A DNA stretch of 64,000 nucleotides from Candidatus Liptonbacteria bacterium (GCA_016204385.1 JACQKW010000013.1:12507-76506), one strand, 5' to 3'. Shown: positions 51,996 through 60,969, counted from the first letter of the stretch. Notes: generated by a model not told the origin, from the letters alone. Numbers and translations are program-made.

Positions 51996-53050
51996 CGAAG
52001 TAGTTCCCAGGCAGTGCCTCGGATATAAAAATTATCAATAACAACACCATCGCTGTTTTGCCACAACGCTAATCCAACCTGGTCGGATCCTCCATCAGGA
52101 GCCTGAATCCGGTCGTTATCAACATACTCCAGTACTACTTCCGATGCTGAAAACTTAAAGTTTGGATTTACTTGTTCATCAAATTCCAATGGTCGAATAG
52201 CGAGTTGATAAACGAAATCTTTTCGAACAAATCGTGCGTGATAGCGAACCCCGGCTGTCATCTCAAAACTCCTCCCTCTGATTTCTGGTAATTCACTGGG
52301 ATGGTGAAAGAGTATGGTTGCCTTATTGCCTACACCGCCTAACACAAACTCATTACGGGTTGAATTAAGGAAATAAAAAACCAATCCCACACGCTTCCCT
52401 AGAGGAGTAAATTCAAAGTCAACCGTTATATCGCTAGAGAACGGATACAGAAAAGCGAGGGAGCCGTGTTTATATTCAGTAGTTTTTGTTTGTACGAGAA
52501 GCTTCTCGTTATCTACTACAAACCAATCGGCTGGATTACCTTTCGGAATTAACCAAACCTTCGATTTCGTCAGTGGAGTGGTAAAAGAATCCAGATATCC
52601 AATTGTTAAATCAAAATCTAAGCTTTTAGACGATCCTGTTGGTTCAGTATACTCCAACCGCAATTTATATTTTTGTGGAGCTAATGCGTAAGCAGGCTCA
52701 AAAACAACGGAGTCGTCCGCGAAACTTGTTGCCCCGTGGAATTCATTGACCAAAACATTTTCTGAATCATTAATTTGTAGTTGTAGTGATTGAAAATTAA
52801 TAGTTGATCGGAACCTCAAAACAATGTTTGGACGTAGAGTGGTGGAATAAATACTGTTTTGAACCCCCCGGCGTAACAAGACATTATCGACAAAAACCTC
52901 TACTGATTCTTGTGATGGAGTAATTTGTGGACCAACGATCAGTTCCTGTTGTTTGTGATTTGCAAATAACAAAATAACCACCACGGTAGCGAAGACAATC
53001 GCCCCTATCAATAAAATAATCCGGAAATTATTAGGAGTGTGAGATTTCAT
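51992..53050 (-). CDS. membrane-anchored protein with beta-rich (jelly-roll/LamG-like) ectodomain, unknown function
   Basis: TM FRIILLIGAIVFATVVVILLF. C-terminus LALWQNSDGVVIDNFYIRG resembles DUF1080/LamG-type ends (from memory). Confidence 0.5.
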   Translation of the reverse strand: MKSHTPNNFRIILLIGAIVFATVVVILLFANHKQQELIVGPQITPSQESVEVFVDNVLLRRGVQNSIYSTTLRPNIVLRFRSTINFQSLQLQINDSENVLVNEFHGATSFADDSVVFEPAYALAPQKYKLRLEYTEPTGSSKSLDFDLTIGYLDSFTTPLTKSKVWLIPKGNPADWFVVDNEKLLVQTKTTEYKHGSLAFLYPFSSDITVDFEFTPLGKRVGLVFYFLNSTRNEFVLGGVGNKATILFHHPSELPEIRGRSFEMTAGVRYHARFVRKDFVYQLAIRPLEFDEQVNPNFKFSASEVVLEYVDNDRIQAPDGGSDQVGLALWQNSDGVVIDNFYIRGTAWELLR

Positions 53051-53075
53051 TTAATTATTAGGTAAAAAAACTGAA

Positions 53076-53174
53076 CCGGGTTGGCCTCGGCTTGGATAGT
53101 TACTCACGTAGCTCTCTCGAGTCGGGGTATTGCCCCATTAACTCGTACAGTATAACCGATTTTTTGAGGAAAAT
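53076..53174. repeat. ~100-bp direct repeat, right copy
   Basis: ...cggcttggatagttactcacgtagctctctcgagtcggggtattgccccattaactcgtacagtataaccgattttttgagg... Confidence 0.85.
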
Positions 53175-53237
53175 CGAAGGGGAACACTGTGGATAACTTT
53201 CGGTTTTCTTTCGGTATCCTCGTTTTATAATAATACT

Positions 53238-54683
53238 ATGGTCACCAAAAAACAAAAACAAATTTGGGATTTTGTTCAAAAATTTCTTTCCCAAAAAGGA
53301 TTCTCTCCCACCCACGAAGAAATAAGAAAACATTTCAAACTTCGGGCTGTTTCAACGGTTGCGCAGCATATTAAAGCACTAGAAAATAAGGGGCTTATTG
53401 CCAAACAAAGCAATCAAAGACGCGGTATTGAAATCACAAAATCAGAGCCGTTAGTAAAAATTCCCCTCCTCGGCACAATTAGTGCGGGTCAACCCATAGA
53501 AGCAATTCAAGACAAGGAAATGATCGCTGTTCCTAAGAGCAAAATTCCTCCTTCGTCAGAAGTTTATGCTCTCCGGGTAGTCGGCAGTAGTATGGTTGAT
53601 GAAAATATAAATGATGGGGACATTGTTTTGGTCCGCCAACAAGCAACAGCAGAGAATGGGCAAAAAGTTGTAGCTCTTATTGATAACCACGATGCGACAC
53701 TAAAGAAGTTTTATAAAGAGCGAGGGTATGTCCGTTTGCAACCAGCAAACAAAACTATGGAGCCGCTTATTTTCCGAAACGGGCGGGATATTTCAATACA
53801 AGGGATAGTGCTTGATGTTATTCGCGAGGAGGGAAATTCTAAGATTCAATTATCAGAGGAATATAAAGAATCGGGAAGGAGTCTATTACAAAATGCATAT
53901 TATAAAAAGCAGGGATTTATTCTGTATCATGGAAATTCTTTAGGTATCCTATCTAAACTTCCGGAAGCTTCCGTAGATATGATTTTTTCAGATCCTCCGT
54001 ACAATCTTTCAAATGGAGGGTTTACTGTCCACGCGGGTAGAATGGTTAGTGTTAATAAAGGTGAGTGGGATAGAAGTAAGGGATTTCAGGATGATTACGA
54101 CTTCCATTACAATTGGCTCGCGGCCGCTAAAAGGGTTTTGAAGCCTGGTGGTAGTTTATGGGTTAGTGGAACCTATCATTCGATTTACCAATGCGGTTAT
54201 GCACTTCAGGCTCTTGGCTACCATATTTTGAATGACATCTCGTGGTTTAAGCCCAATGCGGCGCCAAATTTAAGTTGTAGATTTTTCACGGCGAGTCATG
54301 AAACTTTAATATGGGCGAGGAAAGAAAAAAAAGGAAAACATATTTTTAATTATAAAACGATGAAAGATGGGATTTGGAATGGAGACTTTCTCAAAAAACC
54401 TAATATGCAAATGCGTTCAGTGTGGGCTATTGGAACTCCAAAACCAGAAGAAAAAAAATTTGGCAAACATCCAACCCAAAAACCTTATGAACTATTGAAG
54501 CGCATTGTTCTTGCCAGCACTAACAAGGGAGATTTAATTATTGATCCTTTTACCGGTAGTTCAACAACGGGCATGGCGGCATATCTCCAAAACAGAAATT
54601 TCATCGGTATCGATACCGAAAAGAAATATTTAGATTTATCTATCAAGAGATTGGAAGATCTGAGTAAAAGATCTCTAGTATAG
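53238..54683 (+). CDS. LexA-like repressor (wHTH + S24 peptidase) fused to beta-class N6A/N4C DNA methyltransferase (CcrM/HinfI-like)
   Basis: Residues 1-200 contain the LexA DNA-binding domain (THEEIRKHFKLRAVSTVAQHIKALENKGLI), the cleavage site ISA83-G84QP, GSS117M and ATLK155KF. Residues about 230-481 contain FSDPPYNL (motif IV) followed by IIDPFTGSSTTGMAA (motif I), i.e. beta-class order. TATAAT (53226-53231) ends 7 nt before the ATG, so the transcript may be leaderless. Confidence 0.85.
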   Translation: MVTKKQKQIWDFVQKFLSQKGFSPTHEEIRKHFKLRAVSTVAQHIKALENKGLIAKQSNQRRGIEITKSEPLVKIPLLGTISAGQPIEAIQDKEMIAVPKSKIPPSSEVYALRVVGSSMVDENINDGDIVLVRQQATAENGQKVVALIDNHDATLKKFYKERGYVRLQPANKTMEPLIFRNGRDISIQGIVLDVIREEGNSKIQLSEEYKESGRSLLQNAYYKKQGFILYHGNSLGILSKLPEASVDMIFSDPPYNLSNGGFTVHAGRMVSVNKGEWDRSKGFQDDYDFHYNWLAAAKRVLKPGGSLWVSGTYHSIYQCGYALQALGYHILNDISWFKPNAAPNLSCRFFTASHETLIWARKEKKGKHIFNYKTMKDGIWNGDFLKKPNMQMRSVWAIGTPKPEEKKFGKHPTQKPYELLKRIVLASTNKGDLIIDPFTGSSTTGMAAYLQNRNFIGIDTEKKYLDLSIKRLEDLSKRSLV

Positions 54684-54685
54684 AC

Positions 54686-55258
54686 TTATTTATAGCCGGG
54701 CATGGCTGCCTGAAGTACTTCGGTATAATGCAGTTTACCGTCAACATAATCACGTAAGGTCATAAGAAGATCGCGAAACATGTACGCCCCGAGGTTTATT
54801 TTTTCATTCTTACAAAAAAGTTCAATAACCGTTGCTACATAATCAAGAGAAAGAGTGTAGTTCTGCTCTATATAGGAATACTTTGAGATAATAATTTTAA
54901 CGGTCTCAAGTTGATAACCATTTCGTTCTTCAACCGAAGAAAAAGGCGTAGCGGCGTTGTAGTAGTTAATATAATATTCAACAATCTCTCTTACTTCTTT
55001 ACGATACTGTGGAATTTTGAGGAGCAAATCCACAACCCAAAATGTATGGGTGGGTGGCCTAAGTACCTTATCTGATCCGGGAATTAAAATCTTAACAACA
55101 AAATCAAGTTTTGGATTTATCCCACGACTTCCTTGAAACAGTCCTATTAACGTTCCATCTTTAGTTTTATAGGTCAGAAAGGCTTCGGCTTTAGGCCTAA
55201 GCTGTTTTAGATTGGTACCATCGTAATATTTTGAATTATAGACTGAGTTTGTGGGCAT
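54686..55258 (-). CDS. hypothetical protein in R-M-like module
   Basis: 190-aa ORF, tail-to-tail with the methyltransferase (2-bp gap) and 3 bp after the upstream nuclease-like ORF. No motif recognised. Confidence 0.5.
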   Translation of the reverse strand: MPTNSVYNSKYYDGTNLKQLRPKAEAFLTYKTKDGTLIGLFQGSRGINPKLDFVVKILIPGSDKVLRPPTHTFWVVDLLLKIPQYRKEVREIVEYYINYYNAATPFSSVEERNGYQLETVKIIISKYSYIEQNYTLSLDYVATVIELFCKNEKINLGAYMFRDLLMTLRDYVDGKLHYTEVLQAAMPGYK

Positions 55259-55261
55259 TGT

Positions 55262-55894
55262 TTATTTCTTGGGAATTGGTAGGCCGAGAACTTTTAGTGG
55301 TAGCATGTGAAAATAATAATTACAGCCGACATCACTGATAAAACTTAGTGTATCTTTATATTCTGGTTTCTTGAACCAATCACTTAATATATAGATAAAT
55401 TCAACATCAATCTTGAGTAATTTAAAAAGTTTTTGATACTGTCTCTTTTTAAAATCACAGGTTTGTAATTTTTCATCTACGGAGCCGGCGACCTCTTGAA
55501 ATTTCATCTCTATAATGAATACCTTCCTTTGGTTTTGTACATAAAGCGCTTCGTCTGGAAGTAACTTTTTTGAGAGGACCGTTTTATAATCAACCCCACG
55601 CTTTTCAAGGAAACGATAGAGTTTGTTCTTGCCGATACTCTGAGCTACCTTTTCGCCATCGTAAAATATCGAATCACCCTGCACAGAATATCTGGGTGTC
55701 TTAGCAAATACTAAAAGTAAATTAACCCGTTCCTCAAAATCCAGCCCAACGCGCGTACTTGCTCCCCCAATGCCATCTTTAATCATTTTTTTGTCATTAG
55801 AAATTCTGGTTTTTAACTTGGAATCTGACGGAACAGAAAGTATTGATTTTTCCAGTCCTCCCTCCTTCGTGTAAAGCTTCGAACGAGCAATCAA
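55262..55894 (-). CDS. putative PD-(D/E)xK restriction endonuclease
   Basis: LLPDEALYVQNQRKVFIIEMKFQ fits PD...(D/E)xK. Adjacent to a methyltransferase and AT-rich like the rest of the island. Confidence 0.5.
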   Translation of the reverse strand: MIARSKLYTKEGGLEKSILSVPSDSKLKTRISNDKKMIKDGIGGASTRVGLDFEERVNLLLVFAKTPRYSVQGDSIFYDGEKVAQSIGKNKLYRFLEKRGVDYKTVLSKKLLPDEALYVQNQRKVFIIEMKFQEVAGSVDEKLQTCDFKKRQYQKLFKLLKIDVEFIYILSDWFKKPEYKDTLSFISDVGCNYYFHMLPLKVLGLPIPKK

Positions 55895-56125
55895 CCTTTA
55901 TCGTTTCCCATCTTCGACCGCAAGCCGTTTGCCGACCCCGTACCAAAGATTATGCCTTGCTACGGGGTAAACCTTCCTGCTCCGTCCATAATGCGGCGGG
56001 ACAGGTTCGTACGTACGGATTTACGTACTTATCATCGCTCTCGGTGGAGATTTTTTCAAGTCTCCTTAGGCATGGCGATAGACCGAAAAAAAAGAGCCCC
56101 GTAGGGCTCTCGGACGAGGGCATGT

Positions 56126-56284
56126 TCACACGTCAAGCGATTTCACGAGGTTCGCGAAAAGCTGCACGCATGCCGTGTGAACATGGAAAAGAACGTTGCT
56201 CTGATCGTGCGGAGCGTATATCGCGACCGTGCGCTTGCCCTCCACGGGATCCGACTTCTTACACAGCACGCAATTTCCAGTCAT
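56126..56284 (-). CDS. small Cys/His protein (short version of ORF 56126..56710)
   Basis: MTGNCVLCKKSDPVEGKRTVAIYAPHDQSNVLFHVHTACVQLFANLVKSLDV. SD GGAGA upstream. Terminator hairpin gagccc-cgta-gggctc downstream (56086-56111). Confidence 0.3.
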   Translation of the reverse strand: MTGNCVLCKKSDPVEGKRTVAIYAPHDQSNVLFHVHTACVQLFANLVKSLDV

Positions 56285-56498
56285 TCTCCGTCTCCTCTCA
56301 AAGATTTCTGCCTGTACCCTACCACATAGTGTTTTTGGTTGTAAAGAAACCGTCGCCGCAGTAAAAATCAACGCAATGAAGCCCTCGGACATAGGGCTTT
56401 TGGGCCGTCGCCTGGAGCAGAAAAATTGTGTGGCAGGCAAGTTTGATTCGACTCTGTATTGTGATACTATAATCTTGGACGTAGGAAGGGAGGATCTC

Positions 56499-56702
56499 AT
56501 GGGCGATCCAGGAGAACCCGGATCAGCGTCGAGGGAAATAATTAGAGTTTCTCTCCTCGCGGGACGTGGTATGGCAGTATGCACCTGCAACGCTCCTTCA
56601 GGTGCTGACGACATGGAGCATGCACCCGATTGCTCGGTCAGGACCTCGTTCGAGCGAGCCAGGGAGATCATGAGAGAGGAAAGAGAAAGACGGGAGAGAT
56701 AG
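56499..56702 (+). CDS. small protein, unknown function
   Basis: SD GGGAGG 6 nt before the ATG. Upstream TTGATT...TATAAT promoter-like pair (56445-56476). Arg/Glu-rich C-terminus. Confidence 0.35.
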   Translation: MGDPGEPGSASREIIRVSLLAGRGMAVCTCNAPSGADDMEHAPDCSVRTSFERAREIMREERERRER

Positions 56703-56847
56703 AGGAGCACGGCAATTCAGGGTTGCGAAGTTCGTTTCACTCAAGCTCGGCAGTCGTGTCTGATTGCTGGGCTTTTTCTTTTTCTTCTCTTTTGGGCCGG
56801 TTTTTGAAGTATTAAAAAAACCGCTCGGCGGGCGGTTAGAGCGGATT

Positions 56848-57150
56848 TTATTTCACGCGCCTCCTTTTCTTCAACGAATAGGCTCCAAAGCCAATCAAGC
56901 CAAACCCTAAAAGATAACCATCCACAAAAACCGGCATGACCGGCTGACTACAACCCGCGAGGGCGCAAATCTCCGGCGAAGGTTTTTGCGTCGACGGAAG
57001 CCCCGTGATAAGCAATCTTGGTGCCAGCCGCACTGTGTCGCTCCCGCAACTGCCGCAACCTACTTCAATACGATTTCCCCCTAATAGAAAGCTAGCAACA
57101 ATTACCGCTATCCCAAAAACAATGAAGATGTATAGAAAAAGCTTGTTCAT
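56848..57150 (-). CDS. small membrane protein with N- and C-terminal TM and KKRRRVK tail
   Basis: SD GAGGAG. The C-terminus PVMPVFVDGYLLGFGLIGFGAYSLKKRRRVK resembles a sorting-signal architecture. Confidence 0.55.
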   Translation of the reverse strand: MNKLFLYIFIVFGIAVIVASFLLGGNRIEVGCGSCGSDTVRLAPRLLITGLPSTQKPSPEICALAGCSQPVMPVFVDGYLLGFGLIGFGAYSLKKRRRVK

Positions 57151-57217
57151 ATTTACTCCTCAAGAATACCCCTTTTCTGCCACTTTTTGAAGCACAAAAA
57201 AACCGTGAGCTTCTGGC

Positions 57218-57625
57218 TCACGGTTGTGTCGGCTGTGTTTTCTCGAAGGACACGCCCCATCCGATTCTGCGAAAGAGATCCACTACAAAGACGACGAACT
57301 GCTTCGCCGATTTCAGGGGCAGGGTTGCGTCTTCGCGCACGCTCACGACCTTTGTGACGCAGTCACCCATCCCGAAGGGATAGGGTTTCCCCTTCTCCTC
57401 GTAGATAAGCGAGAACATTGAGAAGCCCCGGCCGCGGCTTACGCGAACTATTCCCCCTTCCAGTCCCGAAAATTTCTCTTGTGCAATGGCGGTGAGGAGA
57501 GCGCCGAGCGCCTCGGCGAAGGGTTGTGCAAGCGCGGCTTCGTTCATGTAGGCCTGAAGTTCGCCGAGATGAAACGAGGGATTGCCCGGCACGGCGGGAA
57601 GAAGCTTCACGGTAACCTCTCTCAA
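57218..57625 (-). CDS. hypothetical protein (TTG start)
   Basis: AAGGAGG 7 nt upstream of TTG at 57625. 135 aa. Confidence 0.5.
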   Translation of the reverse strand: MREVTVKLLPAVPGNPSFHLGELQAYMNEAALAQPFAEALGALLTAIAQEKFSGLEGGIVRVSRGRGFSMFSLIYEEKGKPYPFGMGDCVTKVVSVREDATLPLKSAKQFVVFVVDLFRRIGWGVSFEKTQPTQP

Positions 57626-57816
57626 TGGAATTCCTCCTTATGTGTTGTCCGATTCACTGATTCCATAAAAGCAGAGATGGTTCAAAAAATCAATCTCCCG
57701 TAATGCTTCAATAGCTCGGAACCATTACGGCACTCTTTACATCACTTCGATTGCGTTGTATGGTAAAAGTAGTTTCTTGAAGTCTCAATAAACAAGAGTC
57801 GAAAGGGGGTGGTATC

Positions 57817-58017
57817 GTGTCTCAGGGATTTGGAACGGTCAAGATCAACCTTGGTGGTTTCCTTGTCCACACGAAAGGAGATGTCGAAATAAACTATGAC
57901 TACAAGGGTAGGGTGGACAGCGTGAATGGCTCGGCTCGGGTCGAATATGACCACCTTGGAAGAATAACGAGCGTGGAGTGTTCTGACGATGCGGAGATCG
58001 TTGTCGTCAACGCTTAG
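57817..58017 (+). CDS. small protein, unknown function (GTG start)
   Basis: SD AAGGGGGTGG upstream. 66 aa. Confidence 0.35.
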   Translation: MSQGFGTVKINLGGFLVHTKGDVEINYDYKGRVDSVNGSARVEYDHLGRITSVECSDDAEIVVVNA

Positions 58018-58133
58018 CTTGTTTTCCTCACTATGCGTTGACATTTCCGTGCGCGCCGTCTACGATACAATCAGCACCTATTGAAAGGAGAGGTGCGCAA
58101 CATACGGAAGTGGAGAAAGGAGGGGGAAACACC

Positions 58134-58313
58134 ATGTCACGCAAGTACATCGGACCGCGCAACAAGAAAGGCAACCGGCCGTTCGTGAGTACTTCGCACG
58201 AGGGTTTCGGCCACGGACCGCGCGACAAGCGGGTCTACCGCGAGAACCGCGGCGGGTTCGGCACGGCAACACGCCGGCGCTACGATTCAACGAAGGGCCG
58301 GTACGTGAAGTAG
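58134..58313 (+). CDS. small basic protein, unknown function
   Basis: AAGGAGG before the ATG at 58134. MSRKYIGPRNKKGNRPFVSTSHEGFGHGPRDKRVYRENRGGFGTATRRRYDSTKGRYVK. Confidence 0.4.
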   Translation: MSRKYIGPRNKKGNRPFVSTSHEGFGHGPRDKRVYRENRGGFGTATRRRYDSTKGRYVK

Positions 58314-58683
58314 CTCCACCAGAGAACCACCATGATGCCGCGAGAGAAAGCGCGGCACCCGTGTACCACCGGCGCGTGATTAAGGAGCACGCGCCGCCGG
58401 TGTACCCACATACAGCGCTTGGCTCGGAATCATGAGTCCATGCAACACCTAGAGAAATAGGGATATCGTGACGCCACGAATGTTCCGGCGCGACACCATA
58501 GCGCCCAATGCGGCAGGCGTAACCGGCGCGATCTAGGGCGCCGCAGAAGCAGCACTTCACCACCACTAATGCGCACGCGTGCGCACGTTCCAAAGGCCTC
58601 ACCGCGAACACCAATGCGGTGAGGCTTCAGTCATTTTTAGGAGCTTATATCAGACGTTCCCTTTCGCCTAATGCAGGAACTCG

Positions 58684-58944
58684 CTAAAACTGAATAATAT
58701 AAAACCCTTTCCTTTCGATAAGCTTCTTCTGTCCGTAGTCGTTCAAGCGGAATTTTCTAACATACTTCGCTTTTTTCCGCAATTCGCGGCCAGTGTATTT
58801 TTTGGTTTTCGGATTCCACTCGCGGAGCACGAGGGTGTCCCCGCTCTTCACGCGAAAATCCGCCACGCGGAACTCGAATTTTTTCTTCCCGCGCTTCACG
58901 TCGTGAAACCACTTCGGCCAAATTTTTTTGGTTATGGTAGCCAT
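58684..58944 (-). CDS. ASCH/DUF3850-like domain protein
   Basis: KKFEFRVADFRVKSGDTLVLREWNPKTKKYTGRELRKKAKYV. Confidence 0.6.
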   Translation of the reverse strand: MATITKKIWPKWFHDVKRGKKKFEFRVADFRVKSGDTLVLREWNPKTKKYTGRELRKKAKYVRKFRLNDYGQKKLIERKGFYIIQF

Positions 58945-58988
58945 ACTTGTTATTATCGCCTTTCCCACCCTGTGTGGCAATCACCGGC

Positions 58989-59378
58989 TTATCTATCTCC
59001 TTCCTTTGTTCCGCTATGCCACGCGATAACTTCCTTGATATTCTCCGGCGACTTCGGGAAAAAGATTGGCAGGCCGTTCGCGCGCGCCCATTCTACTTCG
59101 CGCCGCGCGCCCAAGGATTTCTCCCAGCCGGGAATTGCAAGCACCGCGTCGGCAACATTTTTCAAGAACTCGAAATCGAGATCGTAATAGAATTGTTCGG
59201 GCGCGCGGCTCCCCTTCTCGTGGTGAAGCGAGGTGTGCGAATGCGCGCAAAAAAATCCTATCCCTGCGTTCGCAAGCGCCACGGTATACTTCTCCGCGTG
59301 TTCGACGTTTTTTGCTTTGTATTCCCTGCTCCCGTCGCCGCCTGTGCTCAAAGGCCCCGCGATAAATATAATTTTCAT
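58989..59378 (-). CDS. DUF4406 / nucleoside 2-deoxyribosyltransferase-like protein
   Basis: MKIIFIAGPLS...ADAVLAIPGWEKSLGARREVEWARANGLPIFF. Confidence 0.6.
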   Translation of the reverse strand: MKIIFIAGPLSTGGDGSREYKAKNVEHAEKYTVALANAGIGFFCAHSHTSLHHEKGSRAPEQFYYDLDFEFLKNVADAVLAIPGWEKSLGARREVEWARANGLPIFFPKSPENIKEVIAWHSGTKEGDR

Positions 59379-59721
59379 CCCGCGCGAGCCCTTCTTCGAG
59401 GCAGATAACTTATCGTGCATACCCGGTAGTAGAAACTCGATCTAGGGTTCCCCTGTAACAAGACCTTTTTGAAAATACATGTTGAGATTACTCGTCTCTA
59501 TGTCATTTCTGAAACTTCCCCGCTCGACAACGAAAATCGAGTTTTCACTACCGGGCATACCGTGAAGTATAGCATCTTGTTTTTATGCTCTCCACCGAAC
59601 GAGTGCCACGCGCACTGCCCGGTTTTTTTTCCGAGCGTCGAATACAAAGCGGCGAACAGGACACGGGGCAAAAAAACCGCCCCTTCTGCGGAAGGGGCGT
59701 ACGTTGGGCTGAAACGCCGGA

Positions 59722-59991
59722 TCAGCGCTGGGCGCCCCGGACAAAGTTCGCTGGCACTTGGACGGGCTCCATCCGCCTAAGACGATCGCGCTCCATTGCG
59801 CGCCAATCCTCATCCGGAATTGGTGATGACGAGCGCTGAGGCGCGCCTTCGAGCGGCACCGCAAACTCGCCGTGCGTAATGCAGAAAAGAATGCGCTCTC
59901 CTCGTTCGGCTTCATCCCGCACGCGGGTGACGTCCGGATAGTAGCACCCGCACACCGATGATTTCTGCCCCACAAAATACGGTCCGGGCAT
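59722..59991 (-). CDS. hypothetical protein
   Basis: GGAGG SD 7 nt upstream of the ATG. 89 aa. Confidence 0.4.
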   Translation of the reverse strand: MPGPYFVGQKSSVCGCYYPDVTRVRDEAERGERILFCITHGEFAVPLEGAPQRSSSPIPDEDWRAMERDRLRRMEPVQVPANFVRGAQR

Positions 59992-60261
59992 TGTGAATCC
60001 TCCTTCCTGTAAATTTGTTCTACGAAAAAAATATCATACGGATTGCTTTAATTCAATAGTGTTTATTAAAGAGGACTGCGCCTCGTCTTTGCAGCTCTTT
60101 GTGCGAATTAAAAATAAAAAAACGGGGGCCGTCCAATGAATCTGGACGAGCCCCCTTTGTGCTACTTCTTCCTATCTTCTCACCGCGAGCGTGCAGTTTC
60201 CACCTCCCGCGCGGTGCGGTGAGATCCGGCCCCCGCATAGCCGCCTCGCCTTCGGTCAGCT

Positions 60262-60786
60262 TCAGGGAAAACCCCTCCAAAAAACAACATAGATCATCAA
60301 CGCCGCAATTACGCACATGGCAATGAGGAGGAAGTTTTGAAGGTCCTCCGGCAACGGGAGCAGCGACCTGGGCACTTCGCGGCTCTTGGCCACGACGAGA
60401 GGCCGGAGCGATCCAAGGCGAACACTCTCGGAAACGATCTTTAGGGGCTTGACCCCCTGGAGCATCTCGCCCGGCTTGGTCAAAACGACGATCGTGCCAT
60501 CTTCCTTATCGAAGATGCGCCCCGGCTCCTTGAGGAACGGATTTGCCCCGAGAATACGTCTCAATTTCACTTGGTCGTCGAGGCAAACGCACGGGAGCGT
60601 CGAGAGCGTGTCGCCCGGCTGGACGACGTAGCCATGCGCTCCGAAGATCTGGTCGGAGGCGGACATCCAGACGCCCAAGAAAATCAGGCACGACACTGCA
60701 AACGATTTCTTCACCGTGCACCCTCCTTTAGGATTGCCCCACGTTGCGGGGGAAAACAGGAAAAAAGTTGTCAAACCGAATGCCAT
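60262..60786 (-). CDS. LysM-like exported protein with C-terminal TM
   Basis: YVVQPGDTLSTL is LysM-like. Signal-like SFAVSCLIFLGVWMSA. C-terminal TM FLLIAMCVIAALMIYVVF. The exact start is uncertain. Confidence 0.45.
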   Translation of the reverse strand: MAFGLTTFFLFSPATWGNPKGGCTVKKSFAVSCLIFLGVWMSASDQIFGAHGYVVQPGDTLSTLPCVCLDDQVKLRRILGANPFLKEPGRIFDKEDGTIVVLTKPGEMLQGVKPLKIVSESVRLGSLRPLVVAKSREVPRSLLPLPEDLQNFLLIAMCVIAALMIYVVFWRGFP

Positions 60787-60817
60787 CTAAATTACATAGC
60801 GTCTATTTCTATATGTC

Positions 60818-60967
60818 AAGCGTTCGTAATGGTTCAATAGCTTGGAACTCCGACGTTTCGGTCGGAGTCCGACCTCGCATCCTGCGAGCGTCGGGCCTCT
60901 GACCTGTCGCGTGTGAACGGAGCGCTCTGCTATTGAGCTCCGACGTTGCAGTCGGGGCTAAACGCCC
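60818..60967 (-). pseudogene. tRNA-Val-like gene interrupted by CCGAC/GTCGG hairpins (D stem 10/11 and anticodon loop 37/38), T arm not recognisable
   Basis: GGGCGTT-TA-G[CCCCGACTGCAACGTCGGAG]CTC-AATAGCA-GAGC-G-CTCCG-TTCACA[58 nt, 60911-60854]T-CGGAG..., aligned by eye to the intact tRNA-Val. Confidence 0.6.
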
Positions 60968-60969
60968 GG

